This document shows positions 53,504-64,000 of a stretch of 64,000 nt of DNA, one piece after another. The notes beneath the pieces were generated by a model, which saw only the letters and a list, made by a program, of their open reading frames with translations, was not told the origin of the DNA and searched no databases. The stretch covers positions 3,782,001-3,846,000 of the forward strand of contig NC_043001.1 of NCBI RefSeq assembly GCF_006345805.1. Reading direction: 5' to 3'. Within the stretch, counting starts at the first letter, position 1. Every line of letters begins with the position of its first letter. Source of the DNA: Octopus sinensis (taxonomy: Eukaryota). The position numbers and the translations under genes were made by a program.

Positions 53504-53537
<34 letters not shown>

Positions 53538-53770
53538 ATGATAACAAACGAGGAGAAATACATGGGAACAACTGTTGCAATTTTCTTGTTTTTCAGTGAG
53601 AATTCTTTTCCGATTTTGTTCGTTATTTTTCTTTTTTTGAAATTGTTATTTCGATAAATTTTATTTCAAATTTATGTTGTTGTTGTTGTTATTGTTTTTG
53701 CAGATCATCTTGTTATTGTTGCTCCCCATGTTTCTGTTAAGTAGTAGATTTCTCGTTGTTTATGCGTGAG

Positions 53771-53802
<32 letters not shown>

Positions 53803-53850
53803 TATATATTATATATATATATATATACATGTATGTATATATATCTATAT

Positions 53851-53891
<41 letters not shown>

Positions 53892-53899
53892 CACATATT

Positions 53900-53935
<36 letters not shown>

Positions 53936-53950
53936 CATATATATATATAT

Positions 53951-54016
<66 letters not shown>

Positions 54017-54816
54017 GCACTCCTTACATGCACACATATGTGTATATTTACACACAGCCATTTATATACATTTATACAGACACAACAATGTACACACACA
54101 CACTCACAAACTCACACATACACACACAAACATATATATATATATATATATATATGCATACCCAAACATTTATATATATATATATTTATACATAAACAGA
54201 TGTATGTGTATGTGAGCACATGTGTGTGTGCGCACGTATGTGTTTGTGTGTGTGCGTGTGTTCATGTGTGTTTGTGTTTGTGTTTGTGTGTGTGTATCTA
54301 GATATATGTAAGATTTTTTTTGTGTTTGTGTCAGAAACGGAATCGATATATGAAAACTCTGAACAAAAGGCAACAAAAGAGTTGTATTTCAAAAGAATTG
54401 GAAACAACGAAACTTGTTAACAATCCCGAGATTAAAATCATAAAGCAATTTGTCTATAGGTGATTATTTTGGAAAATTTACTTCTTTCGTTATTTATTTC
54501 TTTATTGCTATTTGAATTGTTCTTTAATAATTTTCTTGTAAGTCTCGTTGGTGTAAGATGTTTTATGATGTACGAACTGGTGTAGAGGAAAATATCGAAG
54601 CATTACAAAGGATAACATCTACGTGAGCACAAGCACTCGCATGTACGTGCTGGCATAAATATATATACGTGTATTTGAGTGTATGTATATACACACTGAC
54701 ACATATATATATACACGCATATACGCAGACACACACACACATATACACACACATATACATACATGTACACATGTAAGCACAAAAATATACACGCAAAAAT
54801 ACATGTATATATATAT

Positions 54817-54903
<87 letters not shown>

Positions 54904-55016
54904 ATATATATATGTATATTTATATATATGCATAGGTAAATATATATATGTATATATATACATGTATATGTATATATGTATATACGCATATATATGTGTG
55001 TGTATATCTATGTATG

Positions 55017-55047
<31 letters not shown>

Positions 55048-55200
55048 GTAGATTTGTGTACCTATATATGTGTTTGTGTATACATGTGTATATATTTGCT
55101 TCTCCCATTGTTCGTGTGAATGTGTGTGTGTGCATGCATGTGTGTGTATGTGCGTGTGTGCGTCTGTGTGTTTGTGTCTTTAGCATTTAAACACACCTCT
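52880..55200. repeat. Compound (TA)n/(CA)n/(GT)n microsatellite zone
   Basis: Read directly. Confidence 0.9.
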
Positions 55201-55760
55201 AAATCATTTGAAGTTGTCGATGAATATATAATTCAAAAAGCGTCATTTATTGATGTGTGACGAGAATGAGCAATTGATGACGACATCGACGACGACGACA
55301 AAGAAGAGAACGAAGATAGCGATGACGGTGATAATGATGGATACGGTGAGATATTTGTGGTCGAAATGCTCGCTGTAAACGTAGGTGACAGTCACTGTAT
55401 TAATGAAGGATAAGTTTAAAAAGAATAGTGAGAGCAATTGAAAATAAACGACTGGAGAGCAATGAGAAGCAGAGAAATAATTTGAATCCTTGTAAGTATT
55501 CTGTCTCACGGGGTGTCATCAAAATAACTTGCGTATTTCTTCTGTTGGTATTTCTGAAAACTTAATTTCCCCCTCTGATTAAGTGTAGCTGTAACTTAAA
55601 ACATTGCTGCTCTTTTTTCTAACTGGGAATTACGAGGTTGTTGAAGGCTCAGCTATTTTGACTTCAGTTTTGGAGGAAGTAACTTTGTTTGTCAAACAAC
55701 TAAATTGTCGTCGTTTAACGAAGGACGTTAATCAATGCATATCTATCCATCCATCAATCC

Positions 55761-55858
<98 letters not shown>

Positions 55859-56016
55859 AACCTCTCTATCTATCTAACTCTTTCTCTTTCTCTCTCCCTC
55901 TCTCTGCATATACACATAAATACATACCAGCATGCACACACAATCGCATAATATACATACAGACGTTTACATTAGTTCTCTTGCACGACAGAATAAAAAT
56001 GGGCCTTTATATGGTT

Positions 56017-56079
<63 letters not shown>

Positions 56080-56081
<2 letters not shown>

Positions 56082-58720
56082 TTTGAATTTCGGTTGTTGG
56101 AATGTGCGCACACGTCTTGATAATTTCAACAAGAAGCCAGAAATGTGTACTGCACTTATTGCATGTAAGCCTAAGAAATATTCCCTTGATATAGTTGTAC
56201 ACTCTGAAACTTGTCTCTCTGGTGAGAGTGAAGTAAATGAATCTACTTATGGACATACAGTCTTCTGCAGAGGCCTACCGAAGGGTCAGTGTAGAGAATC
56301 CGGTGTAGGGTTTGCTCTCAGGAATACATTAGTATCCCCCATTGCAGAGCTTCCAATTGGTATATCTGAACGCATCATGTCATGCTGTATTAAAATGATA
56401 AAAGGTAGGCTTCTTACCGTTGTCAGTATTTATGCTCCAACAATGTCCCATTCTGATGAAACTGCAGGACAGTTTTATGACGATCTAGTACGATTATTGA
56501 GGTAAGTAACAATTTCTGACAAGCTGGTCATATTGGGTGATGTCAATGCAAGAGTTGGAAAATACTATGTTTCATTGCGTGTTTTAGGTCGACATGGGAT
56601 TGGAAAATGCAATAAAAATGGAATAGCTCTTTTGATGTTTTGTACTGAGAATAATATGGTTGTCACCAACACTCTGTCTAAACAGAAAAATAAATATAAA
56701 ACCACCTGGATGCACCCAAGATCTAAGCACTGGCATCGCATAGATTATATTCTGATCAGAAAACGTGATATGAAAGATATTTCTAGCGTTCGGGCCATGA
56801 GAGGGGCAGAGAGCTAGACTGTCCATCATCTAGTGCGTGGAAAAATATATTTTTTGATAATGCCTACAAATCGACAGTCTGATCCTGAGGTACCCCAAAA
56901 GTTAAATGTTGCAAACTTTAAATTATCAAGCAACTTGCAAAGATTCCACGATACTGCAGAAAGTAACAATCTTGATCCAAACAATCTATGGGAAGATTTC
57001 AAAACAAAAGTAATTCAGGCTGCAATTTTGTCAGAGGCATTTAACTCACATAAGTTCAGTGACTGTTTCTCCGACGGATCAGCAGAAATTTATGATCTAC
57101 TTTTAGAAAAACAAAACTTAGGCAATACACTTCTTTCTCAGTCCTTGAACCCCAACTCAAACGAAACTTACAGAAAGCTGAAAAGAAGAGTGCGATTGTT
57201 CTAAGGTTAATTAAACAGGAATGCTGGGATGATAGAGAAAAAGGGGCACAAGAAGTAGTTGATAGAAGTGATACCAAGGATTTTTACTCTTATGTTTAGG
57301 AGGTTTATGGCCCAAAACGTCTTCAATAACTCCAGTGAAAACAGGAACTAGACGTTTTCTTCTGACTGACACCGCTTCTATTCATAAGCGTTGGGCAGTA
57401 CGTTTTTCTGCACTTTTGAATAAACCATCATCCGTTGGTATAAGGACGATAGAAAGAAATAGAATACCTTCCAGTTATAGAAGAGATAGCATTTGAACCA
57501 ACTCTAAATGACATTCATTTAGCTGTGTATAAGCTGAATAACAATAAGTCTCCAGGGTCTGATGGAATCTGTGCAGAAGTTTTGAAATATGGGGGTGACA
57601 AAATGTTTGAACTCTTAAATATATCAATTTGTTACAGTTGGAGAACTGAGAAAGTGTCTGAAGGCTGGATTGATGCCATTTTAGTCTCCTTGTATAAATC
57701 GGGGCCAAAGGATCTGTGTAGTAATTTTCGTGGGATTTCGCTTTTGTCTGTAGTTGGAAAGGTACATGCCCGCATTTCGTTAGAACGTTTAAATACCTTC
57801 ATAGTTCGAAATATGCTATCTGAGTCTCAGTGTGATTTTCGTTCCTCCAGGGGCTCAACTGATTTTATCTTTACTGTCAGACAATTACAAGAAAAGTGCA
57901 TTGAATAGAATCTTGCTCTATGCTATTGCTTTGTTGATTTGAGCAAAGCATTCAATACTGTTAATCGAAATGCTCAGTGGCTAATACTAAAGAAAATAGG
58001 TTGCCCAGAAAAATTTATAAACATGATCAGGGCTTTGCATGAAGATATAAAAGCTAGAGTTAATTTTGGTGGTAGGCTCTCTGAATCTGTTGCGTGGAAA
58101 ATGAAGTAAAGCAACGAGACTTTGATGCACACCCACTCTTTGCGATATACGTTGCTGTTGTGTTGTCACATGCTTTTCAAAACTCCGAGGAGGGTATTTA
58201 CATAAAATATCGAACAACTGGGATTTTTTTTAACCAGACTGAAATTCAAAACGAAGGTTTTTACTTCCCTCATTAGGGAACTTTTGTACTCTGAAGATTG
58301 ATATCTTGTCAGTCATTCTGAAACAGGTCTGCAATTCTTGTATCTGCATTTGACTCAGCTTGTGATGATTTTCGCTTGACTATCAACTTGAAAAAAAAAC
58401 AGTTGTAATGCATCAACCTGCGTGTGGCACTGTTTGTAATCCTACAAAAAGTTTTGTTAAAGGGAATATTTCCTGAGGTTGTCGATTCATTCGTCTACCT
58501 TGGAAGATCTGTTCAAGATGATGGAAATCTTGATACAGAAATACAGCTGCGAATTCAAAGGGCAGCAAAAGCATTCGGTGGCTTGGAGTCACGCATTTGG
58601 TTCCAGCGACATATAAATAAGAATACAAATCTAGCTCTTTACAAATCATTTGTCTTACCATCCGTGTTGTATTCCTGTGAAACTTGGCCTCAAATCTCAT
58701 CTGCGAACACATGGAAAACG
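56080..58720 (+). mobile_element. Near full-length degenerate RTE LINE ORF (APE plus RT), many stops and frameshifts
   Basis: NFGCWNVRT, SET, SGVGF, VSIYAPT, LGDVNARVG, TWMHPRSKHWHRIDYILIR, KSPGSDGI, FRGISLLSVVGKV, QCDFRSSRGSTDFIF, FVDLSKAFNTV, FVYLG, LYSCETW. Confidence 0.9.
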
Positions 58721-59129
58721 AATTTCCACCAACTATTTGGCCTAAGCACAAACATACGCTCACTTACGCATACACAGAGACGCATGCTTACAAATACATA
58801 TCCATGGCTATACACATATTTATATCAAAATTCTAACTTTTGACAACATTGCTTTTAAAAAAAGGTGAGTGCAATAATGAAAGACATATAAAATATAACA
58901 CCCTATTTTGGATCATCTATAAATTAAAAATCAAGGTAATCCTATACAATACAATAACATGAAATAAACAAAGCCGAAGGTTTTTCTTAATGTATATGTA
59001 GAAATATAAGACTTTGCTATACGGAATGAAATCTGCATAGCGCGAAACAAATCCATCGTCGCGTTACATACTAGTTCAAGAGTCAAAATCAAAATTTCAA
59101 AAATCAAAAATACAAAATATATACTCTAT

Positions 59130-60400
59130 CCATATGGTATATTTATATTTGACATTTTAAATTTGGTTGCGTGTCTACATAAGTTCATTAGCTCACTTCT
59201 TTGATTCAAAGAATTATTGCCTTTGAATAAAATATACAGTTTTTCTAATAGGCAAAGCTTGCATTTAAAATTATTTCTGTGTGCTCCATGCCTGTATGGT
59301 GTCGCTCTGTCCAGAATGCTCCATGTCACATTGAAAGGTGGGGTTTCCTTTTCTTTTAGTTCCCAGACATATTTTGCTAGGCTGGTCCTCTTCCTATTCT
59401 CTGGGTATCTAAATGAATTTTTATGTGAATAAAATCGTGTTTTAAATGAATTTTCTGAAGCCCCTGTATATGTCTTGTATTCCTATGTGCCTTCTATTTG
59501 CACCTTGGCTCTATAAACTACTCCTTTCACTAGACATTTCCCTTCTAACGGACAGGAGTTTTCGTTTTTGCAATTGCATTTCTTAATGGGCTCGGCACCA
59601 TGTCTAACTTCAATCAGATTCCTATTATGCTGGCTAATGTAAGAGGCGAAATTTCTGCAACAAGAATAGCTAACCTTCAGGGTTCTTCTATTAAATACCC
59701 TATAGAATTTATGGCCCTGCTTAAAATGCTTAGAGACTAATCTCAAAAATTCCTTACCTATATTAGTCTTTACGGCCAAATTGAAAGCCGGGTTGAACCA
59801 CAAAACTTTCCTGGTCCTAGTTCTTCGTGCAGCATTAGTATCAGCATTAAGCTGGCTGTAATGGATCTTCTCAGAGAATCCACTATTCTTTAATGCGCTA
59901 TCGTAATAAGGTGCAGCATTATGGAATGCTGCCTCGTCCGAAGAAATTGAAGATATTCTTCTACCTACATTGCTGACTAGGTTCCTAAGGATGGTTCGAA
60001 TCTTTGCTAATATACGATAGCTTTTCATTGGGCTTACGGAAAGGTTTAAATCTATCCGACCTTACATTAAAACTTACGTCTAAAAAATCTACACTATTCA
60101 GGTTAGCATCTATTGTAACCCGTAAGCCCATCCTTTGAAAGAAAGCAATAAGGTCCTTCCTAAGTCTACCTGATTCATGGCCGTTTAGATTATGCGTAGC
60201 TATAAGGCCCTCATCCCTATATAAACCTGCATCTATAAATGGGAATTCTATTTTCAGATTATGGAGAATAAAGGCTCCTATGAGCATACATAACTCAGCC
60301 CCGTCGGATGCCCCCATCGGTACATCGAAAAGAGAATCCTCAGTCTTCTTAATCCAGGTGGAAGCCTCGAAAAAAAGAAGCGATTTCCTCGCATGCATAA
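59130..60400 (-). mobile_element. 5'-truncated Penelope-like element: RT core and thumb, Cys-rich linker, GIY-YIG endonuclease
   Basis: FDVPMGASDGAELC, GLYRDEGL, VDFLDVSF, FRKPN..YISKDSNHP, (frameshift) WFNPAFNLAVKTNIGKEF, CNCKNENSCPLEGKC, GVVYRA, (TAG) TYTGASENSFKTRF, CKLCLLEK, LNQRSELMNLCRH. Confidence 0.9.
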
Positions 60401-60570
60401 TATTTTTGTTTATATATATATACATATATTTTTGAGCTCATTTTTTGTTTATCGCTCGAAGATTGACCGTTATTTCTAAAGGGCCAATCAAACAAGTCCA
60501 TTTTTTTTAAAGGTGTAGCGTTTGTAAGAGTCTGGATCGAATTGATATATCGGTTCCATTCTAGCAAAAA

Positions 60571-60608
60571 CTGTCTGATGAACGGGAACGAGAAACTCAG
60601 AGTAACAG
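60571..60608 (+). ncRNA. Minimal type I HHR motif in a pLTR-like module adjoining the PLE, on the opposite strand
   Basis: CTGT-CTGATGA-ACGGGAACGA-GAAA-CTC-A-GAG-TA-ACAG. Predicted GUA cleavage after 60604; stem II is only 2 bp; AATAAA at about 60635, then (TA)n. Confidence 0.65.
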
Positions 60609-60665
60609 ATTTTGTTGAATTTTCTGCTGCTTTAAATAAAGTATATATATATATATATATATACA

Positions 60666-61012
60666 TGAAGGCGCGTGGCTCAGTGGTTAGAGCGTCGAGC
60701 TTACGATCGTGAGGTTGTGAGCTCGAATCCCGGACCGGGCTGCGTGTTGTGTTCTTGAGCAAGACACTTTATCTCACGTTGCTCCAGTTCACTCAGCTGT
60801 AGAAATGAGTTGCGACGTCACTGGTGCCAAGCTGTATCGGCCCTTGCCTTTCTCTTGGACAACATCGGTGACGTGGAGAGGGGAGGCCGGTATGCATGTG
60901 CGACTGCTGGTCTTCCATAAAAAGAAAACAACCTTGCCCAGACTTGTGCCTAGGAGGGTAACTCTCTAGGTGCAAACCCATGGTCAGTGTCTGACCGAAG
61001 GGGGTCACCACC
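60666..61012 (+). mobile_element. Young, full-length tRNA-derived SINE
   Basis: A box TGGCTCAGTGGTTAGAGC, B box GAGCTCGAATCCC, central TTGCTCCAGTTCACTCAGCTGTAGAAATGAG domain, distinct 3' tail, ends in (ATAC)/(TA)n. Confidence 0.9.
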
Positions 61013-61149
61013 ATACATACATATATATATATATTATATATATATATATATAATATATATATTATATATATATATATATATATATTTAGGTGTGGAATGG
61101 GATATGTGTGTATGTTTGTGTGTCTGTGTTGTCCTGCACACTCTTCGGC

Positions 61150-61450
61150 TTAAGTTCATTAACGTAAAGCATCAGTTTCCTGATGACATGCAAGCTAGTG
61201 TATTGAACGATGGAGAATTCTCCTTACTTTTCACTGCTAGTAATGGCGTGACTCAGAGTACTGTTCTAGTATTCACACTCTTAAGTTTAAGGTTTAGTGC
61301 TGTGCTGCACGATGTATTATCCCATAATGAGACACATGGCGTCCAGAGCAGGTACAAATATTATGGGTGTCTTTCGGACCAACTTTACAAGGAAGTTGGT
61401 TTTGCTGACGATTGTGGTCTGAATACAAACAATGAAACTGCTTGTCGACC
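61150..61450 (+). mobile_element. RTE reverse-transcriptase internal fragment
   Basis: FPDDMQASVLNDGEFSLLFTASNGVTQSTVLVFTLLSLRFSAVL...FADDCGL. Confidence 0.7.
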
Positions 61451-62265
61451 TTGTATCCTAGGGGTTCGTGAAAAGGGATTCACAGATTAAGTACCAGGCT
61501 TATATTATATAAGTACTCGGGTCGATTTACTCCGCTAAAATTTACTTGAAGTCACTGCCTCGCCATGACCACAGTCTAATGTCTGAAACAGGTAAAAAAT
61601 AAATGATAGGGGAATCATAAATATTAATACATTCAAAGCTAAAGTTTTTTAAAACCTCTGAAATTTTGATATATTTTGTTTTTCGCTTTATTTGAAACTA
61701 AATGTCAGAGAAAACTGTCGAAATTTTAGGTTTTATTTCCAAAAGTATTTCAACTGTTAAACTCGTCTGTTTTCCTAGACATTCTCTAATCATAGATTCA
61801 TGTAATATTAAGAAATGAAGAGGAAAATCCGCAACAGAGAAGAAAAACGAAAAAAAAAAAAAATAGAGGTAGAAAGAGAGAAATGAGTCTAACTTAATTT
61901 GACAGAATTTCTATATTTATGTCGATTTATCAACTTCCATTTGCAGCATTCGTACACGGAAGATAATCAATCATTTAACAGGCGCAACACTTAAGAGATG
62001 CCCTTAACATCGTCATATTATATTTAAAATACATAATTAAATACAACTCAACGTTTACCTGCACTTTACTTTCGTTTCTCGATAATAACTGATGAAGATG
62101 AATGGTGGTGACGATGATGATGACGATGATAATGTTCGTCGTCGATGCTGACATTGTCGTCATCCTCACCATCATCGCATTCATCGCTATCATCATCATC
62201 ACTACTATCGCCATCGCTACCATCACCACCACGTCCATCACCTGTGACAAAATCATCATTATCCT

Positions 62266-62298
<33 letters not shown>

Positions 62299-62339
62299 TA
62301 TCACCGTAGTCGTCGTTCATTATAGGTAACATCAAATTC

Positions 62340-62502
62340 TTCTCTTGCTCTTTTTTTCTTCTTCTCCTTCTCCTTCTTCTTCTTCTTCTTCTTCTTCTTC
62401 TTCTTCTTCTTCTTCTTGTTCTTCTTCTTCTTCTTCTTCTTCTTCTTCTCTTCTTCTTCTTCTTCTTCTTCTTCTTCTTCTTCTTCTTCTTCTTCTTCTC
62501 TT

Positions 62503-62533
<31 letters not shown>

Positions 62534-62535
62534 TT
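62340..62535. repeat. (TTC)n microsatellite
   Basis: Read directly. Confidence 0.95.
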
Positions 62536-63358
62536 CGTCGTTGTCGTCGAAACGAGATACAGAATTTTTGTTGGAGTACATCCTTTCGAAAACTTCTGTC
62601 TTTAAGACTGACGATCTCTGTTGCGTTTATGATTGATCGTATGCATGTATGTATATAAGTATACATCCTTGTAAGAATGTATGTACTTATGACTGCTTGA
62701 ACGCAGTTTTTTCTCTGTGACTGAGTGTGTTTACTCGCGCATCTTCAGATACGTGCTTGTGCTTGCTTCTGTATGTCTAGGTTTAATATGCCATCCAACG
62801 ATGTTCTCGAATGCCATTGAATGCGGGTTCAAAATGCTTTCTCGGGGGCAAACTTTCATACATTGATTCTCGCATTTCCATATACACCCTACATACACAC
62901 ACAACCATACAGGATTGCCCCAAAGTAGGTTTACAGTTATCATGTACGCACTTAGAATTTATTTTAAAACATTTTATTATATATAAATTTCTATCTTACA
63001 AAGTGAAAAGGGAGCTTGATGAAATTAACTTGTGTATTTGTTTATTTATGAAAGCGGGAATTGATTCTAAAGGAGGGTCAACCAGATATTAAAACTAATG
63101 TATATTGTGAAATGTACCATAACCTACCATGGGCACGAGTTTCATTAACTTTCAGATAGCAGAACTCCCAAACGTTGGGGTGGTCTAATACTTTTACCAA
63201 AGGCTGTATATATATATTTATTTATGTATATTTTTAAATATATACATACACGAGTATACATAAAAATATATTAATGCTATATATGCATACCCTTCTATAG
63301 AGCGTGTCAAATAAATAAACAAATATAATAGTTATACATGCTTCTCTCTGTCTCTCTG

Positions 63359-63421
<63 letters not shown>

Positions 63422-63529
63422 GCCTGTCTATCTATGCATGTATGTCTGTGTGTTTGTGTTTGTTTGTGTGTGTGTGTGTTTGTGTGTGTGTGAGAGAGTG
63501 TGTGCCTGTGTGTAATAACTCGGTGGCAA

Positions 63530-63990
63530 CATTCAAGTTCATTAACATAAAGCATCTGTTTCCTGATGACTTGCCAGCTAGTGTATTGAACGATGGAGAA
63601 TTCTCATCACCCTTCACTGCAACTAATGGTGTGAAGCTGTGTTTTGTTCTAGTACTCACACTCTTCAGCTTAAGGTTGAGTGCTGTGCTGCACGATGTAT
63701 CATCCCATGGCTAGACACACGACATCCAGAGCAGGTACAACTATGATGGGTGTCTTTTGGACATCGGCCGCATGAAAGCAACAACTAAACCAGCACCGCC
63801 ATTACAAGGGAGTTCGTTTTTGACGACAATTGTGCTCTAAGTACAGATACAGAAGCAGATCTTTAAACACTTATTATACAGCTTTCCTTCAGCTTGTGAT
63901 AATAACTTCATTCTCACAATCAGTCTCAAAAAGCTGGAAATCTTGTAGCTGAGCAATCACGTAAACCCATATGTTGAACCATTTCTGATA
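63530..63990 (+). mobile_element. RTE reverse-transcriptase internal fragment, related to 61150-61450
   Basis: FPDDLPASVLNDGEFSSPFTATNGVKLCFVLVLTLFSLRLSAVL; downstream similarity continues to LTISLKKLE. Confidence 0.7.
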
Positions 63991-64000
63991 GCCAGCAATC

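Noticed and set aside
49724-55051. Long ORFs rich in D, H, I, M, K or YI (e.g. 51492-52322, 276 aa)
   Set aside because: Pure translations of trinucleotide and dinucleotide microsatellites; no domain content or splice support
59460-59620. Possible selenocysteine recoding in the Naiad-like PLE
   Set aside because: Cys positions are ordinary Cys codons, and the in-frame stop at about 59483 is TAG, not TGA

Overview
Eukaryotic, AT-rich, microsatellite-dense DNA. The SINE, LINE and MITE families and the (TA)n/(AAT)n/(ATCT)n load look like a coleoid cephalopod (Octopus-type) intergenic or intronic region; the taxon is inferred. I found no convincing host protein-coding exon, rRNA, tRNA gene or CRISPR array, and almost all ORFs in the track are translations of microsatellites. 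The recognisable content is transposable-element debris: CR1-group LINEs, RTE LINEs, four R4/Dong-like RLE LINE pieces (two inserted in (TAA)n), a Tx1-like 3' end inserted in (ATCT)n, two Penelope-like (PLE) remnants, Tc1/mariner remnants, many tRNA-derived SINEs and several palindromic MITEs. There is also a complete 2.77 kb non-autonomous LTR element with both LTRs, a tRNA-Trp-type PBS, a PPT and a CACC target-site duplication. The most interesting signal is a set of about seven short modules, mostly next to (TA)n tracts, carrying minimal hammerhead-ribozyme (HHR)-like motifs from at least four unrelated sequence families. Two sit in head-to-head palindromes, one abuts a PLE, and one shows a G3/C8 swap of the conserved core pair. 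This suggests PLE-derived ribozyme-bearing mini-retroelements (solo pLTR or retrozyme-like). All structures were read by eye, boundaries of degenerate elements are approximate, and ribozyme activity is untested.
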